From NCBI GenBank assembly GCA_944383785.1, contig CALWQV010000002.1:25721-89720 (forward strand): 64,000 nt of DNA, written 5' to 3'. Made by a program: the position numbers and the translations under genes. Positions 44,214 to 52,941 of the stretch are shown piece after piece (position 1 is the stretch's first letter; every line of letters starts with the position of its first letter). The DNA is from an uncultured Enterocloster sp. (GTDB taxonomy: Bacteria > Bacillota > Clostridia > Lachnospirales > Lachnospiraceae). Under the pieces are notes generated by a model. The model worked only from the letters and a program-made list of their open reading frames with translations, had not been told where the DNA came from and ran no database searches.

Positions 44214-44426
44214 TTAGACCTTAATCCGCTCCGCCACATCGCTTCCAATGGCCAAGCGCACCCGGTCCGTACCGATCACCACGTCGTGGATGGTTTTCTG
44301 AATCACTCGGATCCGACTTCCCTCCTTAATATCATAGCTGCGGATCAGGTCCATAACCTGAGGATTTCCGAACATCCATTTAATCGTATAGCTGCCGCCG
44401 GCTTTCACGTTTATTAAAGATTCCAT
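44214..44426 (-). CDS. feoA: FeoA family protein (copy 3, distal)
   Basis: 70 aa. ..YTIKWMFGNPQVMDLIRSYDIKEGSRIRVI.. AAGGAGG RBS. Confidence 0.8.
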   Translation of the reverse strand: MESLINVKAGGSYTIKWMFGNPQVMDLIRSYDIKEGSRIRVIQKTIHDVVIGTDRVRLAIGSDVAERIKV

Positions 44427-44520
44427 TCACACGCCCTCCTTATCTGTTTCCCTCTATTCTTCGAAAGTTAGTTTCTGTTAATTCATTTTTCTATTTTAAT
44501 TTTACAGATAATTGCTCCGG

Positions 44521-46086
44521 TTAGTCAATGGCAATGTGAAAATAGTTGTTGTCCCGATTGGAATCCGTCATCATAGCTTCCATCTGTTCAAGCATCCGGC
44601 TGTCCGGCAGATTTCGCTGCCACCACCGATATCCCTTTCTACTCCGCACCGTTCTGGCGTCAATGGCCCGCCCCGCATAGTAATCCATGTAAATTTCGGC
44701 GTACAGCTCCGCCATAGAGCGGGTAACCTCATCCCCCAGATTGCGGATTTTTCCAGCGATCTGAGCGCTGACCAAGGAGCTGATATAATTCCGGGACCAG
44801 TCCGAAAAGTTCAGCAGATCCGGATTTTCGCTGCCAATGCAGGCGGCCCAGGCGGACACATCCACTGCTTTGGTAGCGTATTCCAGGCTCCCGTCCTCCT
44901 TCCATTGCAAAAGCCCGTACTGGCAAGGCGGAATGCTTAGGGCGTCGGTGACAATCTCCCAAATCCCGTAGGCGTCATCCGGCGTTCCCGGCTGCTCCTT
45001 GTGCTTGTGAATCCGCTGGACATGGAGATGGCCGCTTAGAAACAGGGGACAGCCATACTCCTCCAAAAGGCGAATTACCTCCTGATGATTCTCCATGGTA
45101 CACTGAGTCGTGTACATCCGGCTCTGGGACAAAAGATTGTGGTGGGCGATGGGAAGGACAAAAATCCCCCTCTGGCTGGCTTCCTCCAAAATGCCTTTCA
45201 TCCATTCGAGGGTAGACTCCTGAATCCGGCCCTCCACCAGATTCACCGGATCATACTGAGCGGAGTCCAGCATAAGAAGCCAGTTTTTCTCATCCAAGGC
45301 ATATGCATAGCTTAGAGAGGTTTCATCCCGGCTGAAAGCCTGGCCGTATCCGTAATCATAATAGATCTGTAAAAATTCCTCTGCCGTTACGGCGGGAGCC
45401 TGGGCTTTCTCCTCCCCTATGTAGACGGCGGCGTTGGTATTGTTGATATCGTGATTTCCCGGAATCACCAGAACCGGGATCCCGCTCTCCCGCACCCGCC
45501 TCAGCTGGTCCGCCAGCTCTTCATGGTTCATCTTCTCGCCGTTCATCGTAAGATCCCCGCTTAAAACAAGGGCGGAGGGCTTTTCCTGAATTACCTCCTC
45601 CAGGAAAGCCTCCAAAAGCTCCGGCAGGTACTCCACGACCTTGCCGTCGCATTCCTCCACAAAGGTCCGAAAGGCCTTGCCGCCGTCGTCCGCATCATGG
45701 CTCTGGTAGTGAAGGTCCGTAGCCAGAATGATACGTGGAGGCTGGTAAGGTACCTCCTCTTCCTGGTGTACCGCCTGCCCGCCCTCCGCTTCGCTCTCAT
45801 CTTTCCCAGCGCCGGTATCTTCCCATGGGGCATCCGCCTCATCCTCTCTGGCCTCCGCCGTGGAAGCCGTGGCCTCCGGTAGGTTATCCTGTACACCTGC
45901 TTCTTCTGAATCACCGCCGGACTCTTCTCCGGCAGTCCCTTCCGTCTGGGCCTCTGTGGCGCCTTGGGGCTTCTCCTGGGGCCCCGTAAGCTTGGTCAAA
46001 ATAAATAACGCCCCGATACACACCGCGAAAACCGCGGCATGGATCAGGGCTGAAAGAATCCGTGTCTTCCATTTCTCTGCCTTCAT
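44521..46086 (-). CDS. Membrane-anchored calcineurin-like metallophosphoesterase
   Basis: N-terminal TM helix, acidic low-complexity linker, then ATDLHY, SGDLTMNGE, IPGNHD, GHLH motifs. Confidence 0.85.
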   Translation of the reverse strand: MKAEKWKTRILSALIHAAVFAVCIGALFILTKLTGPQEKPQGATEAQTEGTAGEESGGDSEEAGVQDNLPEATASTAEAREDEADAPWEDTGAGKDESEAEGGQAVHQEEEVPYQPPRIILATDLHYQSHDADDGGKAFRTFVEECDGKVVEYLPELLEAFLEEVIQEKPSALVLSGDLTMNGEKMNHEELADQLRRVRESGIPVLVIPGNHDINNTNAAVYIGEEKAQAPAVTAEEFLQIYYDYGYGQAFSRDETSLSYAYALDEKNWLLMLDSAQYDPVNLVEGRIQESTLEWMKGILEEASQRGIFVLPIAHHNLLSQSRMYTTQCTMENHQEVIRLLEEYGCPLFLSGHLHVQRIHKHKEQPGTPDDAYGIWEIVTDALSIPPCQYGLLQWKEDGSLEYATKAVDVSAWAACIGSENPDLLNFSDWSRNYISSLVSAQIAGKIRNLGDEVTRSMAELYAEIYMDYYAGRAIDARTVRSRKGYRWWQRNLPDSRMLEQMEAMMTDSNRDNNYFHIAID

Positions 46087-46887
46087 TTATAAGCGCTCCC
46101 TGCTGTCAATAATCCCCAGCTGCTCCAGGGCATATGCAATCCCGTCTTCCTCTACCGTCCTGGTGATAAAGGTAGCGTAAGGCTCCAGCACCGGACTGTG
46201 CTTTCCCATGGCAACGCAGTTCCTGGCGTACCGGAACATAGACAAGTCGTTGCTGCTGTCGCCAAATACATAGGCGTCCGAGCGGGGAATCCCATAGATC
46301 CGCAGAACCTTCTCAATGGCCGTAGCCTTAGAATGGCCTTTGGGCACGCACTCGTAGGCGTCGTTCCCCCGGTCTATGATCTCCATAAAATCCATGCGGG
46401 CGAACAGCTCTTCCCGGCGGCTGTTCTCATCCGCTCTGAGATAACATTTGTCAAAGTCGTATCCGTCCTCGTCCCATCCCTGGGGCAGAAGCGCCCCCAT
46501 CCGGGCCAGGGATTCCTTCAAGCGCAGGATCTCCGGAATCCAGGAATCCCGCCTGCCATAGCAGCCGTCGATTCCCTCCAGAACCCCGTCCACTCCGCAC
46601 TCCATCAGATCCCGCTTCAGCCGCTCCCCCTGCTTGCGGGGAATGGTGTAATGATACAGCTCCCGTCCCTCGGCCCAAATATAGGTACCGCAGCCGCAGA
46701 GCCAGCCATCCGCCGGCAGAAGCTCCTTTAAATCTCCAAGATTTCCATATGTACGCCCCGTATTGATCAGAACCAGATGGCCCAGATCTCTGGCCCGCTC
46801 CAGGGCTCTGCGGGCGCTTTCCGGAAGCTCATGGGTATCCTCCGTCAGCAAGGTCCCGTCAATATCGAAAAATAATGCCTTTCTCAT
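46087..46887 (-). CDS. Cof-type HAD-IIB family hydrolase
   Basis: FFDIDGTLL motif I, later GDSSNDLSMF. The stop abuts the start of the next gene. Confidence 0.88.
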   Translation of the reverse strand: MRKALFFDIDGTLLTEDTHELPESARRALERARDLGHLVLINTGRTYGNLGDLKELLPADGWLCGCGTYIWAEGRELYHYTIPRKQGERLKRDLMECGVDGVLEGIDGCYGRRDSWIPEILRLKESLARMGALLPQGWDEDGYDFDKCYLRADENSRREELFARMDFMEIIDRGNDAYECVPKGHSKATAIEKVLRIYGIPRSDAYVFGDSSNDLSMFRYARNCVAMGKHSPVLEPYATFITRTVEEDGIAYALEQLGIIDSRERL

Positions 46888-46899
46888 AAATCCGGTTCC

Positions 46900-47484
46900 C
46901 TACTCATCGTCCCGGAACACAATGGTTCCCGTCTCCTCATCCATGCTCTCCACAATGGCCAGGGACTCCACCCGGATGCCCTGGGAACGCAGCAGGTCGC
47001 CGCCAACCTGGAAGCCCTTCTCGATCACGATGCCAGCTCCCACAAGAGTAGCTCCGGACTCCCGCACGATGGAAACCAGGCCCTCCAGGGCCTTGCCGTT
47101 TGCAAGAAAGTCATCGATCAGCAGCACCTTATCCTGGGGCCCTAAAAATTCCTTGGCCACAATAATATCGTAGACCCTGCCGTGGGTGTAGGACTCCACC
47201 TTGGTGGTGTACACCTCTCCGGCGATATTTTTCGTCTGGGTCTTCTTGGCAAATACCACCGGCACGTCAAAATACTGGGCCACGATGCAGGCAATGCCGA
47301 TGCCCGACGCCTCAATGGTCAGAATCTTGGTTACTTCGCTGTCCGCGAACCTACGCTTAAACTCTTTTCCAATCTCCGCAAACAGCTTAATATCCATCTG
47401 ATGATTTAAGAAGCTGTCCACCTTCAGCACATTCCCTGCCTTGATCTTGCCGTCCTTTCTGATCCGGTCCTTCAGCAGCTGCAT
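46900..47484 (-). CDS. xpt: Xanthine phosphoribosyltransferase
   Basis: [39 protein letters not shown] are the characteristic Xpt N-terminus and PRPP motif. Confidence 0.92.
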   Translation of the reverse strand: MQLLKDRIRKDGKIKAGNVLKVDSFLNHQMDIKLFAEIGKEFKRRFADSEVTKILTIEASGIGIACIVAQYFDVPVVFAKKTQTKNIAGEVYTTKVESYTHGRVYDIIVAKEFLGPQDKVLLIDDFLANGKALEGLVSIVRESGATLVGAGIVIEKGFQVGGDLLRSQGIRVESLAIVESMDEETGTIVFRDDE

Positions 47485-47504
47485 GATCGAATCCTCCTTC
47501 TCTT

Positions 47505-48590
47505 TTACTCCTCTGTGGTTCCTTCTGTTTCTTCCTCTGCATTGCTCGCCGTGGCGGCTTCCGATTCCGCCTCATCCGTCAAGGGCAGTTCCTCCGCCAC
47601 CGCGTTATCCGCTAAAAACTTCATCACCTTGCTGCGCTGCACCTGCTCGTTAAAGGTTTCCTCCCCGTAGATGCCAACCATGGTCTCCACATCGGAGCCA
47701 TTCTCCTCGGCGTAAGCCTCCCGGTCCGCTTCCTCCACCGTCAGGTTTTCCAGCTGGGCAATGGTGTCGATCACCACTTCTTCTTCCATCTCAGCCTTTA
47801 CGGAAGCCATCACCATCTCTTTTAAGCCTCCCTCGTCGGTGCCGTACTGCTGAGCCATGCTGGAAAGATTTCCCCCAAGCATCTTGGCCTGGGCCTCATA
47901 ATCGGCGATCGTCTCGTTATAGCGCTTGGAGACTGCCGCGCTGTTCAGCTTCACCTGCGCCTCTGTCATCACTGTGGCGAACACCGACTGCTCCTTCTGG
48001 CTCTCGGAGGTGCGCTCCTTCTGCTCCTTAAGCTGCGCGCGGATATCCTCCCGGTACTCCTCCACTGTGTCGAAATCCGAAACCCGCTGCACAAAGGCGT
48101 CGTCTAAAACAGCCTCTTTCTCTTCCTTTACCGCGTTCACCGTAACCTCAAAGGTAACCGCCTGGCCCGCCAGAGCCTCCTGATTATAATCCTCGGGGAA
48201 AGTCAGATCCAGGGTCTTTACGTCCCCCTTCTTCGTCCCGATCAGGCCGTCCTCAAAACCGTCGATAAATTCCCCGGATCCCAGAACCAGATCCTGATCC
48301 TCGCCGGTTCCGCCGGCAAACTCCACGCCGTCCTGTGTTCCCTTATAGTCAATGTTGACCGTGTCCCCCTCCTGGGCCGCCCGGTCTACCTCCACCAGCT
48401 CCGGATTATTATCCAGCTCGGTCTGAATCTTGGACTCAACCTCCTCATCTGTCACATCCGTGGGCTGAACCATCACCGGAACCCCCTTATACTCTCCCAG
48501 CTGGGCGGTTCCCAGGGTGGAGCTGTCAGCGCAGCCGGCCAGAGCCGCAGATGTAAGGCCCACTAAACAAATCGCAATCCATCTTTTCAT
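47505..48590 (-). CDS. Lipoprotein with trigger-factor-like FKBP PPIase and C-terminal chaperone domains (no ribosome-binding N-domain)
   Basis: Lipobox [57 protein letters not shown] closely parallels the Tig PPIase domain. Confidence 0.8.
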   Translation of the reverse strand: MKRWIAICLVGLTSAALAGCADSSTLGTAQLGEYKGVPVMVQPTDVTDEEVESKIQTELDNNPELVEVDRAAQEGDTVNIDYKGTQDGVEFAGGTGEDQDLVLGSGEFIDGFEDGLIGTKKGDVKTLDLTFPEDYNQEALAGQAVTFEVTVNAVKEEKEAVLDDAFVQRVSDFDTVEEYREDIRAQLKEQKERTSESQKEQSVFATVMTEAQVKLNSAAVSKRYNETIADYEAQAKMLGGNLSSMAQQYGTDEGGLKEMVMASVKAEMEEEVVIDTIAQLENLTVEEADREAYAEENGSDVETMVGIYGEETFNEQVQRSKVMKFLADNAVAEELPLTDEAESEAATASNAEEETEGTTEE

Positions 48591-48715
48591 AATACATTCC
48601 CTTTTCTATCTTATATAATATATGCCGCAGACATGCGTTGTACATAGTTATATCATACCTGCGGCCTAAAAAAAAGTATTTCCTGAAATTTCACAGATAT
48701 TTCGCAGTCCTGGCA

Positions 48716-50110
48716 TTATTTGTAAAATGCCTTAAAAGCCAGGTACGTATTATAAACATCCAGCTTTGCCGTCACCTCAAAGGGCGCGTGCATGGAAAGC
48801 ACCGGAACTCCTAGGTCCACCGTATCTACATCCATCCCGGCCACAAACTTGGCGATGGTGCCGCCTCCTCCTGCGTCTACAGCCCCCAGCTCTCCGGCCT
48901 GCCAATAAACCCCTTCCTCCTCCATAATGGAGATCACCTTGGCCATGGTTTCCGCGCTGGCGTCATTGGAGCCGGACTTGCCTCTAGCTCCCGTATACTT
49001 GGTCAGGACGCAGCCCCGGTTTAAATAGGAGGAATTTGCCCCCTCAAACACGTTGGGGAATGTGGGATCGTAAGCCGCGTTCACATCGGAGGACAAGCAG
49101 AGGGAAGCCCTCAGCACATCCCTGGCCCTTACGCCTTCCAGCTGACAGAGATCCTGAATGTAGTGGAGGACGAAATCGGAGTCCAGGCCTGTATTTCCCA
49201 TGGAGCCCACTTCCTCCTTATCCGCCAGGATGGTCACCGTGGTCCGCTCCGGCTTCTTTGAGCCGATCTCTGCCATCAGGGCCGTATAAGCGCAGACCCG
49301 GTCGTCCTGTCCGTAAGCGCCCACCATACTGCGATCCAGGCCCACGTCCTTCGCCTTATAAGCCGGCACCATCTCGATCTCCGCCCGGTAGAAATCCTTC
49401 TCCGTGATGCCATACTTCTCATAGAGAAGGCTTAAGGCCAGAAGCTTCACCGGCTCCTTCACATCCGGATCATCGTAGGGAACAGAACCGATCACAATAT
49501 TCAGCTCTTCCCCCTTGATTCCATCCTTTAGAGGCCGCTCATTCTGCTTGGCCGCCAGATGGGGCAGCAGATCCGTAACGCAGAATACCGGATCTCCTTC
49601 CTCCTCGCCAATGGTGATGGGCATCACTGTCTGATCCTTCTTCACCACCACGCCGTGCAGGGCCAGGGGAACCGTAGCCCACTGGTACTTACGGATGCCG
49701 CCGTAGTAGTGGGTCTTAAAATAGGCCAGATCCTCCTTCTCGTACATGGGATTGGGCTTTAAATCCAGCCTGGGGGAGTCGATATGGGCCCCGTTGATCC
49801 GGAGTCCCTCAGACAGAGGCTTTTTCCCGAAGGTCGTTGCGATCAGGGACTTGCCCCGGTTCACAAAATATACCTTATCACCAGGCTTATAGGAGGCCTG
49901 GGCGTCAAAGGCTTCATAGCCCGCGTTCTTCAGCAGCTTAAGAGCCGCCGCCACGCACTCCCGCTCCGTCTTGCCCTGATCCAGAAATTCCTTATATCCC
50001 TGGCAAAACTTCTCCGCCTTCCCCCTCTGTCCATGGGCCTCGCGGGCAATATGGGGAAATTTCCACGTCAGCTGGTCCCTTAGTTCCTGTGCTTTTGATT
50101 TCTTGCTCAT
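48716..50110 (-). CDS. M18 family aminopeptidase
   Basis: 464 aa. GAHIDSPRLDLKP, FKTHYYGGIRKYQW, and the DKEEVGS motif typical of M18/M42-type aminopeptidases. Confidence 0.85.
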   Translation of the reverse strand: MSKKSKAQELRDQLTWKFPHIAREAHGQRGKAEKFCQGYKEFLDQGKTERECVAAALKLLKNAGYEAFDAQASYKPGDKVYFVNRGKSLIATTFGKKPLSEGLRINGAHIDSPRLDLKPNPMYEKEDLAYFKTHYYGGIRKYQWATVPLALHGVVVKKDQTVMPITIGEEEGDPVFCVTDLLPHLAAKQNERPLKDGIKGEELNIVIGSVPYDDPDVKEPVKLLALSLLYEKYGITEKDFYRAEIEMVPAYKAKDVGLDRSMVGAYGQDDRVCAYTALMAEIGSKKPERTTVTILADKEEVGSMGNTGLDSDFVLHYIQDLCQLEGVRARDVLRASLCLSSDVNAAYDPTFPNVFEGANSSYLNRGCVLTKYTGARGKSGSNDASAETMAKVISIMEEEGVYWQAGELGAVDAGGGGTIAKFVAGMDVDTVDLGVPVLSMHAPFEVTAKLDVYNTYLAFKAFYK

Positions 50111-50141
50111 ATGCGTATGCTCCTTTTAAAAGTCTTGCTGC

Positions 50142-51188
50142 TTACAGTTCAAATCTCCGTTTCCGGCCTTTCGCCGCGCTCTGTCCGAAATGCTGGTGAA
50201 ACGCTTCCATCAGCTGTGCAGTCAGCCCCCGCTGGCCTTCCTTCTGGGCCAGATCCGACAGGCACTCCCACAGGGCACGGCTTAAAGATGGGTCTGCCAG
50301 AACCTTCTTAAGAATTTCCCCGCATCTGGGCCTTAAAAGATTCCGCGCCGTCTCAAAGGGGTGCTCATGCAGATAAGCCCGATAGCTTTCTTTCGCCTCT
50401 TCTCCCAAATCCTCCGGCCAATAAAGGCGGTACAAGGCCATCCGGCAGGCCAGAGCGGGATTTTCCTCCGCCTTCATATAAGAAAACAGACGATCGTACT
50501 CCCGGAAGGAAAATCTCCCATCCGCAAAACAGTAGCGGTACATGTGGCCGCAGCCGTGCATCTGCCGGCTCACAATCCGGGCCGGGGTATTCTCCACCGA
50601 CTCTTCGTAAAATTCCGGCAGCACCAGGCAGGCTCTTGGATGAATCTGCCGCGCCGGGCCGGGCTGTGAATCGTAAAATTCCACCTCCAGGGTCTGACGC
50701 AGCTCAGAGAGCACCTCCTTCAGGCAGGATCTTCCCCCTGCTCCCGGCCAGACGCCCAGGATCTCCAGATTGGTGCAGCCGGTAAAAACTCCTGCTCCCC
50801 AGTCCGAAATGGAGAGGGAAAACTCAAGCCGTTTCAGAGAGGAACAGCCGTAAAGGCTGTAGGCTCCCACCTGCCGGATTTCAGAAGGAAGGGACAGGGA
50901 CGTCAGCGCCGGCCCCGATGCCGCGGGAAGGCCCTCCCATTCCAGGAGATCCTGCCCGTCCAGAGGCTCCCTCACCGGAAGACTCCCCCTTCCCTCCTCC
51001 CAGAGAAAAAGGGGAGCCTTCATCCGCTTCAAAATTCCCGCCCGCTCCATGCCGTCGGAAAACAGATAGGGTCCCAGCCGGGTCACGGGAATTCCTTCCA
51101 CCTGGTCCGGCAGGCGGACCTCCCCGTCTAGTCCAAAACAACGCCGGAGGCAGACTCCATCCGACGCTGTACCATACAATAACTTCAT
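50142..51188 (-). CDS. Hypothetical protein with a BspA-type leucine-rich repeat (LRR_5-like) segment and an uncharacterised helical C-terminal half
   Basis: LSLPSEIRQVGAYSLYGCSSLKRLEFSLSISDWGAGVFTGCTNLEIL resembles LRR_5. No signal peptide. The rest is not recognised. Confidence 0.5.
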   Translation of the reverse strand: MKLLYGTASDGVCLRRCFGLDGEVRLPDQVEGIPVTRLGPYLFSDGMERAGILKRMKAPLFLWEEGRGSLPVREPLDGQDLLEWEGLPAASGPALTSLSLPSEIRQVGAYSLYGCSSLKRLEFSLSISDWGAGVFTGCTNLEILGVWPGAGGRSCLKEVLSELRQTLEVEFYDSQPGPARQIHPRACLVLPEFYEESVENTPARIVSRQMHGCGHMYRYCFADGRFSFREYDRLFSYMKAEENPALACRMALYRLYWPEDLGEEAKESYRAYLHEHPFETARNLLRPRCGEILKKVLADPSLSRALWECLSDLAQKEGQRGLTAQLMEAFHQHFGQSAAKGRKRRFEL

Positions 51189-51435
51189 CCCAGTATCCTC
51201 ACTGCGCTTTGCCGCTAAAAGGCTTACTTCAATAGTTTATACAGTTTGCGCAGATTTTTCAAGAGGATTTTTACTCCCCCTTCATTCCATACGAAAACCA
51301 GTAGAAATTGTTAATATTTTATTAATTTTTAGGAAAAGGTCTTGTAATATTTTTATTGTATGGTAGTGTGTCATTTGCACGGATTTTACTTATATTTTGC
51401 AAACAATAAACACAATTAGGGAGAGGACCTGAAGT

Positions 51436-52737
51436 ATGTACGAACTAACCAAGGCATTTAATTATACCATTGCCATACTGCTGACCCTTTTCTATCTCTA
51501 CCAGATCGGCTACCTGATCATCGGGCTGGTGGAAAAGCATCGGAAAGAGAAGCCGGCAGATCATAAGCTTCACCGCTATGCGGTCATCATCTCCGCCCGC
51601 AACGAGGCTAATGTGATCGGCGGGCTGATCCAAAGCTTACGGGAGCAGAATTATCCCCGGGAGCTGCTGGATATCTATGTCATCGCGGACAACTGTACCG
51701 ACAATACCGCCCGGGTAGCGGAGATGGCCGGAGCCATCGTCTACCGCCGCTTCAACAAACGGCTAGTGGGCAAAGGCTACGCTATGGATTATCTCTTTTC
51801 CCAGCTAAGAAACGAGGGGAAGGAAGACTACGAAGGCTATTTCGTATTCGACGCGGACAACTACGTGGATCCCAACTTTGTCCGGGAGATGAACAAGGTA
51901 TTTGACACCGGAAAATACGCCGCTATTACCAGCTACCGCAATTCCAAGAACTTTGGCGCCAACTGGATCTCCGCCGGCTACGGCCTTTGGTTTCTGCGGG
52001 AGGCCCGCTTCTTAAATTTCCCCCGGATGAAGATGGGCATCAGCTGCGCCATCTCCGGCACCGGCTTTCTGGTATCCGGCAAAACCATCCGCGAGAATGG
52101 CGGCTGGCCCTACCACCTTTTAACGGAAGATATCGAATTTTCCGTCAACTGTGCCTTAAAGGGCCAGACCATCGGATACTGCGACAAAGCGGTGATCTAC
52201 GACGAGCAGCCCATCGATTTCAAGCAGTCCTGGGATCAGCGGCTGCGCTGGTCCAAAGGCTTCTACCAGGTGGATTACAACTACTCCCTAGCCTTGATTA
52301 AGGGTTGCTTTACCCCCAGCCGGAAGGGATTTTCCTGCTACGACATGTTTATGACCGTAGCGCCGGGCATGCTCTTAACCATGTCCGCCATCCTGATAAA
52401 CGCCCTGGCCCTTTTCGCCTGCCTGACTGAGCCGCCCTACATGGCGCGGCTGGTATTCCTGGAAAGCGCCGGCTTTATCTTCCGGACTATTGCGGCATTT
52501 TACCTGGGACTTTTGATGTACGGAACCATTACCATGATTTCCGAGTGGAAGAATATCGATCTGACAGCTTCAAAGAAGCTGCTGTATACCTTTACCTTCC
52601 CTCTGTTTATGTTCACCTATATCCCCATCTCCACCTGCGCTCTGGTGCGCAAGGTTGAGTGGAAGCCCATCTATCACGGTTCTGACCAGGGAAGCCTGGT
52701 ACGGAGCGGGGCCAGGAAGAAGGCTACATCCATCTGA
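51436..52737 (+). CDS. Membrane-embedded family 2 glycosyltransferase, processive synthase type
   Basis: N-terminal TM helix, VIISARNE..NYP, FDADN (DxD), TEDIEFS, QRLRWSKG (QxxRW), and 4-5 C-terminal TM helices. Confidence 0.85.
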   Translation: MYELTKAFNYTIAILLTLFYLYQIGYLIIGLVEKHRKEKPADHKLHRYAVIISARNEANVIGGLIQSLREQNYPRELLDIYVIADNCTDNTARVAEMAGAIVYRRFNKRLVGKGYAMDYLFSQLRNEGKEDYEGYFVFDADNYVDPNFVREMNKVFDTGKYAAITSYRNSKNFGANWISAGYGLWFLREARFLNFPRMKMGISCAISGTGFLVSGKTIRENGGWPYHLLTEDIEFSVNCALKGQTIGYCDKAVIYDEQPIDFKQSWDQRLRWSKGFYQVDYNYSLALIKGCFTPSRKGFSCYDMFMTVAPGMLLTMSAILINALALFACLTEPPYMARLVFLESAGFIFRTIAAFYLGLLMYGTITMISEWKNIDLTASKKLLYTFTFPLFMFTYIPISTCALVRKVEWKPIYHGSDQGSLVRSGARKKATSI

Positions 52738-52759
52738 AATACATGACAAAAATTTTTTT

Positions 52760-52789
52760 AAGTCCCTTACCAAGAACGGTAAGGGACTT
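52760..52789. terminator. Stem-loop terminator between convergent GT2 and ilvE genes
   Basis: 12-bp stem AAGTCCCTTACC (52760-52771) / GGTAAGGGACTT (52778-52789), with an A/T run on the upstream side. Confidence 0.6.
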
Positions 52790-52941
52790 AATCTTTATGA
52801 GATAAATATTAGGAAAACATCGCAGGAAGCTTTTACATAGAGGTTCGTTTTACTCCGACGCAACCAGACGTAATCCGAATTGAAAGATTGATGATAGAAG
52901 AATTGAAAACGAAATGAAAGTCCCGTCCTGAACAGTTCCAT

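Noticed and set aside
43531-44520. Classical Fur boxes (GATAATGATAATCATTATC-like, or 7-1-7 TGATAAT-n-ATTATCA) in the feo intergenic regions.
   Set aside because: Only weak partial matches, for example caattatc near 44506. The palindromes actually present have different sequences and are reported as such.
47485-47504. Expected purine riboswitch upstream of xpt.
   Set aside because: The intergenic gap is only 20 nt. There is no room for an aptamer, and no matching consensus nearby.
51189-51435. Searched the AT-rich region upstream of the GT2 synthase for a c-di-GMP riboswitch or a small ORF.
   Set aside because: No GEMM-like conserved segments are recognisable by eye. The only short ORF (19 codons from about 51362) lacks an RBS.
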